Assembly: GCA_963719225.1 (NCBI GenBank)
Contig: CAVRAY010000001.1
Coordinates: 1,280,001 to 1,344,000 of the forward strand
Direction of reading: 5' to 3'
Source of the DNA: Thermoanaerobaculia bacterium
GTDB lineage: Bacteria; Acidobacteriota; Thermoanaerobaculia; UBA5066
Length of the DNA stretch: 64,000 nt
Part shown: piece by piece, positions 28,343-37,949 of the stretch
Layout of the letters: each line of letters starts with the position of its first letter
How positions within the stretch are numbered: the stretch's first letter is position 1
The notes under the pieces: generated by a model
The model's database searches: none
Told to the model about the DNA's origin: nothing
Seen by the model: only the letters and a program-made list of their open reading frames with translations
Program-made: the position numbers and the translations under genes

Positions 28343-29556
28343 CGAACGAGGTCTTCCGGTATGTGCTCTCGGCGGAGGGCCGTGAAATCGACCTTCTGGA
28401 CGGCGAGGCGACGCTGGGCCGCAGCCGGACCTCGACGGTGCGCCTCGAGCACGAGTCCGTTTCGCGCTCGCACGCGCTCCTCACGCTGAACCGCGGAGAG
28501 GCGATCGTCAAGGACCTCAACTCCTCCAACGGTACCTACGTGGGAGGGAAGAGGATCTCGCGCGAGACACGGCTTCAGAGCGGCGACCGCGTCCAGCTGG
28601 GCGCTGCGGTCATCGATCTCAAGATCATTGCGCCGAGCGTGCCCTCGGAGCGCACGGCGATGCTCGGGGCCGACGCGCTCCCGTCCCAGGCGCCCGCGCC
28701 GGCGCCGGACCCGCCTTCGGGCATAGCCTTCGACCAGGCTCCCGGCGTCACAAACCCGGGCGCGGTCGCCGCGCCGCCTGCCGCTGGCGCGCCGGATCCG
28801 ATGTCGGCCTCGGAGCTTTTCCGGGAGGTGGACAAGAAAGGTGTCGCGCCCCCGCGCGCGGGTTCGGGCTTCCGGGAGGCTTTCCCCGCGGCGCTTCGGC
28901 CACCAGACGACGTGTCGACTGTTGCTCCTCCGCCCGGCTCCGTCCCCGACCTCGAGGCGCCCTTCGTCTCGGCGGTCGCCCCCCGGGAGCTGGCGGACCT
29001 TTCCATCCAGATGAGCGCGACGCAGGCTCCTCCCCGCCCGCCGTCTCTCGAGCGGGTGGTCGCCTTTCGGGAAAGGCGGGCTCCGTCGCTCAACGAAGCC
29101 CCCCGCAATGCCGCGAATCCCTTCGCGCGCCTCCTCGCGGCGCTCGTCGACGCCGTGATCCTCACGGCCATCAACCTCCTCCTGTTCGCGCCCGTCTTCC
29201 TCATCGATTATTTCCGCACCGAGCTCCAGACCCGCGACGCCGCGCCCGACTGGGCGTTCCGCGGCGTCACGGCTCTCTCGATCCTGCTCGCCGCTCTCGC
29301 GAACGCGCTCTACGTCGTCGGCGGCTGGGCCTGGCGCGGGCGCACGCCGGGCAAGTCCCTGCTCGGCCTCACCGTGGTCAAGCGCGGCGAGATCGGCGGG
29401 AGGGGCATCGGCTGGAAGGCGGCTCTCATCCGCGCGGTGGTCCTCGTGCTCGCGGGGATTCCGCTCGGCCTCGGATGGGTGTGGGCCTTCTTCGAGAAGG
29501 AGAAGCGCGCCTTCCAGGACCTCGCGGCCGGAACGTGGGTCGTGAGATCGCGCTGA
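28339..29556 (+). CDS. FHA domain + Pro-rich linker + RDD-family membrane protein
   Basis: LGRS...SVSRSHA...DLNSSNGTYV (FHA); RLLAALVD...GRTPGK...QDLAAGTWVV (RDD). Confidence 0.85.
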   Translation: MTNEVFRYVLSAEGREIDLLDGEATLGRSRTSTVRLEHESVSRSHALLTLNRGEAIVKDLNSSNGTYVGGKRISRETRLQSGDRVQLGAAVIDLKIIAPSVPSERTAMLGADALPSQAPAPAPDPPSGIAFDQAPGVTNPGAVAAPPAAGAPDPMSASELFREVDKKGVAPPRAGSGFREAFPAALRPPDDVSTVAPPPGSVPDLEAPFVSAVAPRELADLSIQMSATQAPPRPPSLERVVAFRERRAPSLNEAPRNAANPFARLLAALVDAVILTAINLLLFAPVFLIDYFRTELQTRDAAPDWAFRGVTALSILLAALANALYVVGGWAWRGRTPGKSLLGLTVVKRGEIGGRGIGWKAALIRAVVLVLAGIPLGLGWVWAFFEKEKRAFQDLAAGTWVVRSR

Positions 29557-29560
29557 AGCG

Positions 29561-30415
29561 TCAGGTTCCGCCCAGGGTCGCGAGGAGGGACGGGGAGAGA
29601 AGGGCTTCTTCCGAGCGGCGGCTGCCACCGCGTTTGCGCCAGGTTGAAAGAGACTTCCTCGCGCGGGCGAGGAGCGAGGGATCGGCGCGACCTTCGAGGA
29701 CGTAACGCGTGCCCAGGACGAGCGTCGCGAGGAGGTCCGCCTCCTTCGCTTCCGGACGGGCGAGGCGGAAGCTCTCGATGGCAGCCTCGGCTCCGGCGAA
29801 GTCACCGGCCGAGAAGAGAGTCAGGATGCGCTCGGGATCGGCGGCAGCGCCGTCCTTCGGCGCGGGGGTCGCGTCCGTCGGAAGCACGGCTGTCGCCGTC
29901 GGAGTCGCGGACGGAGCCGCGGCGGCCGCTGGTTCCGGAGTGGGAGAGGAGGTGGGCGTCGGGAGGGAAGCCGCCTGCTGGGCCTCCCGGCGCTCCAGCT
30001 GACCGAGCCTCCCTAGGAGATCGGCGGATTCCGGGAAGCCGTCGATGACCCCTTCGCTCCGGGACCGGAGGAGGTTGCGCTTCGCCTCCAGGACCTCTCC
30101 CAGCTCCATGTGGGCGACGCCCAGCCAGTAGTAGGGATCGTAGAGGTCCACGAAATTTCGTGTCGTACCGAAGCCCTTTTGCGCCTGGGTGTGTCCCGTC
30201 GCGAGGGCGTCGTTCATTTTTCGCACCACGAGCGGCCAGTCTTTCCTCTGGGCCGCGGCCTGACCCGCCTGATACGCCTTCACGGCGGCGTCGGGGGGTA
30301 GAATCGCCTGTGCCCGGAGCGGGCCCGCGAAGGCGATGAACGCCACGGCGATGATCCCGACGGACCCGGGCGCCCGTGGGATGGAGCGCGCGCCGTGACA
30401 CTTCCGAGTGCGCAT
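29561..30415 (-). CDS. Secreted TPR-like hypothetical protein
   Basis: Signal peptide; AYQAG, YDPYYWLGVAHMELG TPR-like helices; Pro/Thr linker. Confidence 0.65.
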   Translation of the reverse strand: MRTRKCHGARSIPRAPGSVGIIAVAFIAFAGPLRAQAILPPDAAVKAYQAGQAAAQRKDWPLVVRKMNDALATGHTQAQKGFGTTRNFVDLYDPYYWLGVAHMELGEVLEAKRNLLRSRSEGVIDGFPESADLLGRLGQLERREAQQAASLPTPTSSPTPEPAAAAAPSATPTATAVLPTDATPAPKDGAAADPERILTLFSAGDFAGAEAAIESFRLARPEAKEADLLATLVLGTRYVLEGRADPSLLARARKSLSTWRKRGGSRRSEEALLSPSLLATLGGT

Positions 30416-30436
30416 AGAGAGGGATTCTAGAGAAGG

Positions 30437-33400
30437 ATGGGTTTCACGCCCCGGCTTTCACGGTCGATCGTCCGGGTGGCGATGCTCGCCGCCCTGGCAG
30501 GCGCGTGGGCGGCCGCCGCACGGGCCGCATGCCCGGCCGCGCCCGTCCTGACGGGACCCTCCGGAATCCAGGCGGGCGACTCGTACGCGCTCTCCTGGAC
30601 GAACGTCTTCACCGACGTGGCGGCCTCGAACGTCAATTACTACGTCGTCGAGCGGGCCCTCGACTCCTCGTTCTCGTCGTCGCTCGACCAGACCACGACG
30701 CAGCGCTCCGCGATCACGCTTCCGCCCGCGCCGGCGAGCGCCAGGATCCTGTACCACCGCATCGTCGTCCGATCCTCGTGTCCCACCGCCTCGTTCGCGG
30801 CGATCGTGTCGAACGTCGTCGCCGTCCCGGTGAAGAGCGTCTGCGACGTGCCGCCCTCCGTGGGAGAGCTCCACGCGAACCCCCCGAACCCGCCGGCATT
30901 CTCGACGTGGGTCGTCACGTGGGACACGCTCGGCACGGGCGCGGGGCCGGGCGGCGGGCTCACGGGGCTCAAGTTCCGGATCCGGCGCACGTCGGTCTTC
31001 GAGCCCGACGGGCGCGAGTGGGTCGTGGAAGGGGGCGCCGACTCGTTCACGGGCGCGCCCGGCGAATACGTTTTCCAGGTCCGGGCCGAAGCCTCCTGCG
31101 GCTCCGTCGGCCCGTGGTCCCCGGCGTTGCGCGTGACGGTGGGCAACGTCCTGAGGCCCGCGCTCCTCCTCGTCTCGGAGCCGGCCCCGATCGCCTCGCT
31201 CGTCCCTCCGGCGGGGACACACCCGACCACGGCGTTCGTCGTGCGTAACGGCGGAACCGATCCCATCCTCGTGCGCGCGAAGCCGGACGACAGCGGCTTC
31301 GTGGTCGCGCCGGAGTCCTTCACGCTCGGTCCGAACGTGGCGCAGACGGTCGTCGTGACGTCCCTCTACGTGACGGCGCTTCTGCGTCCCGTGCACGCGT
31401 CGGTCGCGCTCACGGCCGGCGACACGACGCTCACCGTTCCGCTCGACGCCATGATCACGGCCGCGCCGTCGACGGGAAAGGTCGTGTGGAGCGACGCGAC
31501 CGCCGACGTCGACCGCGACGGGGACCCGGTGCTCCGCTCGATCGTGAATCCGTCGAGCAGCGTCGCGTCGTTCGTCGCGTCGGTCCGCGCCTCCTGGCTC
31601 TCCGTCGTGTCGCTGGACGGCCAGCCCTGGGATCGTCCGCTCGCCGCGCACGAATCGCGGACGGTGCAACTCGTCGTGGACCGGGCGAAGCGCCGCTCGG
31701 GCACCGGCACGGAGGTCGGCGCGGTGGCGCTCGGCACGGTCGGATTCGCGGACAGCCCCGAGACGCTCCTCGTCACCGACGACGGGCCGCCGGTCCTGCC
31801 GGCCGCGACCGGGGCCGGCGCGCAGCCCGCCACGGCGCCGCACACGCGCCTCCTGTACGCGGCGTTTCCGAACGCCGTCGACGCGCGACGCGTGGGGCGA
31901 TTCGCGGCGGACCTCTGGCTCACGAACACCGACGCCGTGAATCCCGTGGCGGTCTCGATCCTCTTCAATCCGGTCGGCGCTCCGGGCGACGGCTCTCTCC
32001 TCCGCCGGTTCGACCTGACTCTCGCGGCGGGAGAGACGCGCCGGTACCGCAACGTCGTGGGGACGCTCCTCGGCCTCGAGGGCGCCTTCACCGGCGAAGT
32101 GCGGTCGGCCGCGCCCACCGTGACCGCCACGGCTCTCGTCAACAACCGGCCGCTGCCGGCGACGGTCGCCCTCCGAAACGCCTCCCGCCGCGCGCTCGCC
32201 GGCACGACGCCGCCCATCGGACAGTACGGTTTCGAGCTCAGGCCCACGATCCCGGGCGAGGGCGTCAAGCAGAGCGACCCGCTCCACGTCACCTCAGGCC
32301 TCGCACACGACGCAAACCGGCGGTCGAATCTGCTCCTACTCGAGACGTCGGGGTACGACACGACCGTTACGGTGGCGCTGTTCGACGCCGCGGGTTTCCC
32401 TGTGACGAAGAACGGTGCGTCCGTGCAGTTCGAGAAAACCGTACCGGCCAATGGGACGCTACAGATCAACGACGCCGACGAGCTTTTCGACAGCGCGCCG
32501 CTCCCCGGAGGCTATGCGTACGCGACCCTAACCTGGAAAACGAGCGCGAGCGACGCGTTCGGAGCGACGAAAGGGTCCGTCGTCGGGATGGCGACGGTTA
32601 TCGACAACCGCACCCAGGACTCTTCGCTTCACGTGGGCGTGTCCACTCTGGCTTTGAATCCCTCATACGTGCCCGGGTCGAACCTCAGCGCATCGCGCCG
32701 CGCCCTTTCATCCCTGCCGTTTGCGGGCTCTCCAGCTCCACTCCTTTTCCCGGTGGCCCACTCGGCGGGCGCGCCCCTCACGACCGGCGAAAGGCCTTTC
32801 TGGCGCACCCGCGTGACGCTTACGAACACCGGCACGACGGCGGCGGACCAGCGCCAGGCAACCCTCGAGTATCTCGAGACGACCGGTACCGGCCTGATCC
32901 GGCAAGCCACCGTCAGCCTCCCCCCAAGGGCCGTCGCGCACTTCGAGGACGTTCTCGAGGAGCTGCCAAGTCTCGGAATCCTCCCTGGCCAGAACACCTA
33001 TGGCGCAATCCGAATTCAAGCCGCCCAGAACAGCGACAAGAGCTGGGGCGGCGTGGACGTCCAGACCGAGACCTATACCGTGGACCCGTCGCAGGGAGTC
33101 GGCGACTTCAAGACCGGCATGGAAGCCTATGCGTACTTCCACGGCTACTCGTCCTTCCAGTCGAACCTCGGGACGATGTCGTTCGACGGCGCCGAGAACA
33201 GCACGAGCTACCGCACGAACCTCATCCTGAGCGAGGTCGGGGGCGATTACTGCGACGTCGTCGTCGCGGCGTATCTGCCCGGATCGTTCGTGCCGATCGC
33301 GTCGGTCACGAAGCGCATCCCGGCGATGGGCTATCTCTCGGACGAGCTCTTCCGCAACATCCTCGGCCTGAACCTCTCGGAGCTCACCGACGTGCGCGTC

Positions 33401-33520
33401 GTCGTGCGGCAGGTGGGCGGCGGCGGCGTCTTCCTCGCTTTCGCCTCGAAGATCGACCGCGTGTCGGGCGACCCGGCCAACATCTTCCTGCGTCCGGCGG
33501 CGGCCGGCACGGGACGGTGA
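30437..33520 (+). CDS. Large secreted multidomain protein (Fn3/Ig-like N-terminal part, duplicated C-terminal modules)
   Basis: Signal peptide; YVFQVRAE...GPWS Fn3-like motif; two modules ending MATVIDNRTQD and FASKIDRVSGD. Confidence 0.8.
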   Translation: MGFTPRLSRSIVRVAMLAALAGAWAAAARAACPAAPVLTGPSGIQAGDSYALSWTNVFTDVAASNVNYYVVERALDSSFSSSLDQTTTQRSAITLPPAPASARILYHRIVVRSSCPTASFAAIVSNVVAVPVKSVCDVPPSVGELHANPPNPPAFSTWVVTWDTLGTGAGPGGGLTGLKFRIRRTSVFEPDGREWVVEGGADSFTGAPGEYVFQVRAEASCGSVGPWSPALRVTVGNVLRPALLLVSEPAPIASLVPPAGTHPTTAFVVRNGGTDPILVRAKPDDSGFVVAPESFTLGPNVAQTVVVTSLYVTALLRPVHASVALTAGDTTLTVPLDAMITAAPSTGKVVWSDATADVDRDGDPVLRSIVNPSSSVASFVASVRASWLSVVSLDGQPWDRPLAAHESRTVQLVVDRAKRRSGTGTEVGAVALGTVGFADSPETLLVTDDGPPVLPAATGAGAQPATAPHTRLLYAAFPNAVDARRVGRFAADLWLTNTDAVNPVAVSILFNPVGAPGDGSLLRRFDLTLAAGETRRYRNVVGTLLGLEGAFTGEVRSAAPTVTATALVNNRPLPATVALRNASRRALAGTTPPIGQYGFELRPTIPGEGVKQSDPLHVTSGLAHDANRRSNLLLLETSGYDTTVTVALFDAAGFPVTKNGASVQFEKTVPANGTLQINDADELFDSAPLPGGYAYATLTWKTSASDAFGATKGSVVGMATVIDNRTQDSSLHVGVSTLALNPSYVPGSNLSASRRALSSLPFAGSPAPLLFPVAHSAGAPLTTGERPFWRTRVTLTNTGTTAADQRQATLEYLETTGTGLIRQATVSLPPRAVAHFEDVLEELPSLGILPGQNTYGAIRIQAAQNSDKSWGGVDVQTETYTVDPSQGVGDFKTGMEAYAYFHGYSSFQSNLGTMSFDGAENSTSYRTNLILSEVGGDYCDVVVAAYLPGSFVPIASVTKRIPAMGYLSDELFRNILGLNLSELTDVRVVVRQVGGGGVFLAFASKIDRVSGDPANIFLRPAAAGTGR

Positions 33521-33524
33521 CGGG

Positions 33525-35012
33525 TTGGCCGGCGCCGTCGAGCGCATCGCCCATTACCGCATCCTGAAGCGGATCGGCCGCGGCGGCATGGGCATCGTGT
33601 ACCAGGCCGTCGACGAGCGCGACGAGCGCATGGTCGCGCTGAAGGTCATCCGCGAGGCGGAGGGTCCCGGCGACGAGTCGCACGCGCACCTCAAGGAAGC
33701 GCGCGTGCGCTTCGACCGCGAGGCCGCGATCCTCAAGAGCCTCCTCCACGTGAACGTCGTGGCGTTCTTCGAGATCGGCGAGGAGGACGGAACGCCGTGG
33801 CTCTCGATGGAGTATCTCGACGGCACGCCGCTGACGTCGTTCGCGGGGCGCCCGTGGACGGAGACCGTGCCGCTCCTGGTGCAGGCCGCGCACGGGCTCG
33901 AGTACCTGTCCTCGCGCGGGATCGTCCACCGCGACCTCTCCCCGGACAACATCCTCGTCATCGAGCGCGGCGGGGACCGGCTCGTGAAGCTCCTCGACTT
34001 CGGGGTCGCGAAGCTCTTCGAGACGGGGACCGGCCTCGAGTCGCTGACGGCCACGGGGTTCTTCCTCGGCAAGGTCGCATACGGCTCCCCGGAGCAGCTC
34101 GGCTCGCTCGGGCACGGCGCGCCGCTGGACTGGCGCAGCGACGTCTACAGCCTGGGCGTCATCTTCTATCAAGTGCTCTCGGGCCGACGGCCGTTCGAGG
34201 GCAAGGCTCCCGTCGAGTACATCGCCGCGCATCTGAACGCCGTGGCTCCTCCGGTCGCGGCACCGTCCGACGGGCCTTCGCTGCCCGTGCCTCTCGTGCG
34301 TCTCGTGGGACAGATGCTGGAGAAGCGGCGCGAGAGCCGCCCCGCCAGCTGGCGCGAGATCGTGGACCGGCTCGTCGCCGTGCTCCGGGACGCCGGCGGC
34401 ATGCGGCTTCCTCCCGGGATCGACGTGTCTTCCGGAAATGCGACGCCGCTCGATCTGACGAGCGGCACCGAGCTCGTGGGCGTGGCGCGCGGAAACGGCT
34501 CGGGCACTCTTCCTCTCGGCAAGCACTCCCTCCACGAGGCGCGCCTCCTCCTGTGGCTCGCGGCGGCCGGAATCGTGCTCGTCCTCGCGGCTTCCTGGTG
34601 GGCGGCCCGCAGCCGCACGCCGTCGCGCACCGTGGAGAGATCCACGCCGGCGGCCGTCCCCACGGCCGCGCTCGCCTCCCGGACCGCAACGGCGCCGCCA
34701 CCGGCGCCCGCGGCCGTCCCGCCTGCCGCCGGCCGCCTGCAGGTCGTCGCCCTGCCCTACGCGCGCGTCGTCTCGATCGTGGACGCGCGCACCGGCCACT
34801 CGGTGGCGGTGCCTTCGAACGCGACGACGCCCCTCCTCGTCACGGATCTCGCTCCCGGCTCGTATCGCGTGGTCCTCACGGGGCCCGGCCCCGCCGGGCG
34901 TACGGTCGAGCGCGCCGTTTCGGTAGCCGGCGGCGCGACGGTGTTGCTCTCCGAGCCCTTCGAGACGCCCGGCGCGCTCGCTGACCTTCTGACGAGGGGA
35001 GACGCGCAGTGA
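33525..35012 (+). CDS. Hanks-type Ser/Thr protein kinase with TM helix and extracytoplasmic PEGA-like domain
   Basis: IGRGGMGIVY, VALK, HRDLSPDN, DFG, SPEQ, SDVYSLG. Confidence 0.92.
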   Translation: MAGAVERIAHYRILKRIGRGGMGIVYQAVDERDERMVALKVIREAEGPGDESHAHLKEARVRFDREAAILKSLLHVNVVAFFEIGEEDGTPWLSMEYLDGTPLTSFAGRPWTETVPLLVQAAHGLEYLSSRGIVHRDLSPDNILVIERGGDRLVKLLDFGVAKLFETGTGLESLTATGFFLGKVAYGSPEQLGSLGHGAPLDWRSDVYSLGVIFYQVLSGRRPFEGKAPVEYIAAHLNAVAPPVAAPSDGPSLPVPLVRLVGQMLEKRRESRPASWREIVDRLVAVLRDAGGMRLPPGIDVSSGNATPLDLTSGTELVGVARGNGSGTLPLGKHSLHEARLLLWLAAAGIVLVLAASWWAARSRTPSRTVERSTPAAVPTAALASRTATAPPPAPAAVPPAAGRLQVVALPYARVVSIVDARTGHSVAVPSNATTPLLVTDLAPGSYRVVLTGPGPAGRTVERAVSVAGGATVLLSEPFETPGALADLLTRGDAQ

Positions 35013-36454
35013 CGACAGGACGGTTCCGGAACGCGGCGCTGCCGCTCTTCCTCAGCGCCCTCGCGGCCTCGTCCGTTCGCGCCCAGACCGATTCGGCGCT
35101 CCTCTCGAAGGTCAGCTTCAACCTCACGAACCCGGGAGGAAAGTCGCTCGCCATGGGGGGCGCGTTCACGGCGATCGCCGACGACGCGACGGCCGCGCTC
35201 GCGAACCCCGCGGGGCTCGGGCTCATCTCCTCGATGGAGTTCGCGATCTCCGGCAAGCGCTCGGACGAGACGCTGGGCCTCGTGACGGCGCGCTCCACGG
35301 CCATCGGCCAGCTCGCGACGCCCTATCCGGGAATCGAGACGACGAACGTGGATCGCGACGCGCGCGCCACGTCCGTCGACTTCGCGGGCGTCGTCCTGCC
35401 ACTCACGCGCCGTCTCGTCGCGGCCCTCACGTACGCCGAGAACCTGCGATTCGAGGGCGACGCCGGGAGCGGCGGCTACCAGTACGTCGAGCTGCGCGAC
35501 AACCGCTCGGGGGGCGGCGCGCGCCAGGATTTCCTCTACTCCTATCGCGAGTTCGGCTCGGTGAGCCTGAGGAACAGGCTGCTCGGGATGTCTCTCGCGT
35601 ATCGCGTGACGGAAAGCGTGCGGGTGGGCGCGGGCGTCACCCTGAACCGCGCGTCGTTCGACCTGGGGGGCGACACGGACGGGCCGCACCGCATCACGCA
35701 TCGGACGTTCCTCTCGCCCACGTCCGACGAGATCCGCACCGTTACGATGCGCGTGGATGGCGTCTCGGGCACGAAGGTGGGCTTCCTCGTGGGGATCCAC
35801 GTCGACCTTCTGTCCGGTGGCGCCCTGACGCTGGGAGCCGACTATCGCTCCTCGCCGCGCAACGACGCCACGCTCGTGCTCGGCGGCGACGTGCCGCCGG
35901 CGCTCGCATCCCAGACGTCGCGGCCGTTCACGTTTCGAGTGCCGCGGGACGCCGCGATCGGTCTCGCGTGGCATCCGATGCCGGGTCTGACGGTCGCGGC
36001 CGAGGCGCAGTGGGTCGCCTACGGCGACATCTTCGACCGATCGCTCCCGGTCGTGTCGTACGCCGGGCTCGTTGGGCCCCTGGGTTTTCCGATCACCGAT
36101 GTCCTCGCCGACGTCTCTCCGGCGCCGAACGTCTGGGTGCCCCGCATCGGGCTCGAATACGTGGCGGGCGGGAACGACGCGCGCCTCGCGTTCCGGGTCG
36201 GCTACCACCGCGAGCCGGCGCACGGCGTCACGGCGAGCCTCGCGGCGAAGGAGCCGTCGTCCGGCCAGCCGTTTCCGATCACGGACCCGCCCTTCTCGGA
36301 GAGCGTCGCGGCGGTATTCGACGGGGGCCGCGCGGACGACCGGTTCACGGGCGGGCTCGGCTTGACCATCGCGAAGTCGCTCTCGGTCGACTTCGGCTTC
36401 GACGTCGGCCGCGCCTCGCGGCAGCTCGCCGCCAGCCTCTTCTATCGCTTCTGA
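35009..36454 (+). CDS. Outer-membrane beta-barrel, FadL/OmpP1/TodX family
   Basis: NPGGKSLAMGGAFTAIADDATAALANPAGL hatch motif; C-terminal YRF. Confidence 0.85.
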   Translation: MTTGRFRNAALPLFLSALAASSVRAQTDSALLSKVSFNLTNPGGKSLAMGGAFTAIADDATAALANPAGLGLISSMEFAISGKRSDETLGLVTARSTAIGQLATPYPGIETTNVDRDARATSVDFAGVVLPLTRRLVAALTYAENLRFEGDAGSGGYQYVELRDNRSGGGARQDFLYSYREFGSVSLRNRLLGMSLAYRVTESVRVGAGVTLNRASFDLGGDTDGPHRITHRTFLSPTSDEIRTVTMRVDGVSGTKVGFLVGIHVDLLSGGALTLGADYRSSPRNDATLVLGGDVPPALASQTSRPFTFRVPRDAAIGLAWHPMPGLTVAAEAQWVAYGDIFDRSLPVVSYAGLVGPLGFPITDVLADVSPAPNVWVPRIGLEYVAGGNDARLAFRVGYHREPAHGVTASLAAKEPSSGQPFPITDPPFSESVAAVFDGGRADDRFTGGLGLTIAKSLSVDFGFDVGRASRQLAASLFYRF

Positions 36455-36504
36455 TATGGAGTGACCCGTCAAGTTCCGGATCGAGAGTTCTTTGAAAGAT
36501 CGAT

Positions 36505-36690
36505 GGCCAGCGGTCCTGAGGCTTAGATCGACGGCTGATCAGTCTGATATTCGAGGATCGAGCCGAAGCTCGCCTTCATGGTCAGGAACCGTCGGGAGCT
36601 GCCTCGGACTAGAGTCGCGGATCTGGGTTTGAGCCCTGCCGCATAGAAGTGTCGAGGGTTCTCCTTTCCGTCGCCCGTGGACCGCTGGCC
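36505..36690 (-). ncRNA. Putative bridge RNA / seekRNA of the IS1111-type element
   Basis: 12-bp closing stem GGCCAGCGGTCC/GGACCGCTGGCC enclosing two stem-internal-loop domains, one capped by a CGAGC-UUCG-GCUCG hairpin; loop segments match the target and donor junctions. Confidence 0.72.
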
Positions 36691-36721
36691 GTTCGAATTC
36701 ATTCGAGTTGTTGGTCTGCGA

Positions 36722-37866
36722 TTACGCGCAGGCCGCCGCGACTGTGTTCTTTTCGTGGAATTGCTTTTCGACCTCGAGTCCGACAGCCCATACGAACCCT
36801 GCGAGCTCTCGGGACACCGCACAGACCACCTTCTGACTGGGCTTACCCTTGCCGAGCAATCGCCAGTAGATGGAATGCAGCCGGTGCTGCGCTTTCCAGG
36901 AGATCTCGAGGATCTTTTCGCTCTGGCCGGCCTGGCGTCGGCGCAGCTCGGCTCCGATCGAAGGCCGTGCCCGATACGTCCAGGCCGCTTCGGTCAGGAC
37001 ACGCCGCAGATGGGCGTTACCCGTCTTCGTGATCGCTCCGCGGCGTGTTCTGGTGCCGCTGGAGTTTTCGCTCGGGACAAGGCCGCTGTAGCCCATGAGC
37101 TGGCGCGGATGACGGAAACGCGAGAGGTCTCCGAGCTCGGAGACGAGCGTCACGGCGGTGATCTTGGCCACGCCACGCAGCGCCTGAAGCCCCTCGATGA
37201 GGGCGCGCATCGTGCCGGGCACGTGGCGAGCGGCCTCGTCGATGGCACTCTCCAGGCGCTGAATCCTCGCGGCCGCGTGATCGACTTCGGCCACGTAATC
37301 CAGGAGTGCCGCTTCCTGCGCCCGGTGCTCGAATCGCACCTGCCCTTTGACCCATGCCAGATGCTTCAGCGTCCACGCCTTGATCCCCGAAGGGGCTCTT
37401 TGGCCGCGCCGCAGCAGGAATTTCTGCAGCCGGTGCCGCGCTCGAAGCTGGTCCTTCTTGGCCGCCTCGCGGGCTCTCACCAGATCCCGCAGCGCCTCGT
37501 GCTCGGCATCCGGCACCCACACGGCCGTCAGCTCGCCACTGCGATTGAGCCGGGCCAGCTTTTCGGCGTCCCGTCGGTCCGTCTTGACCCGATCTCCGGC
37601 CTTCACCGGCACCAGCGTCGGTGCCACTACGTCGCACCTCACGCCCAAGCTCGTCAGGAGCCAGTACAACACGAAGCCTGTCGGCCCGGCCTCGTAGCAG
37701 GTCCGGAGACTCTCCGGATCCCCAGCTTCCTCACGAGCGCTCGCACCGCTTCGGGACGATTCGCGATCGTCCCCAGAGAACGAACCTCATCGCCCCCTTC
37801 GGCCACCGCCACCGCGATCGTCTCGGCGTGCACGTCCAGACCCACCCAGCGGGTATCCTTCTTCAT
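36722..37866 (-). pseudogene. IS110 transposase with a 1-nt frameshift in a G4 run (about 37720-37723)
   Basis: WVGLDVH; restoring one G gives KLG-DPESLRTCYEAGPTGF; KTDRRDA; GLVPSENSSG; could be a sequencing indel. Confidence 0.88.
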
Positions 37867-37949
37867 CGACCGGCCCTCCTTCGCGTGTAGCTCTGCGTCT
37901 CACGACGCAACCTACGATCCCGCGAACTGGGCCGGTCACTCCATCTTGA

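Noticed and set aside
36487-36498. GTTCTTTGAAAG inside the IS end resembling the dispersed motif core
   Set aside because: Only the core matches, with no GGTRAGAG tail or partner; insufficient to link the motif to this IS.
36523-36822. 99-aa ORF in the IS non-coding end
   Set aside because: Overlaps the transposase end and the structured RNA region; no protein features.
37715-37725. Programmed ribosomal frameshift in the IS110 transposase
   Set aside because: No slippery heptamer, and IS110 transposases are single ORFs; a 1-nt loss in a G run is better explained by mutation or sequencing error.
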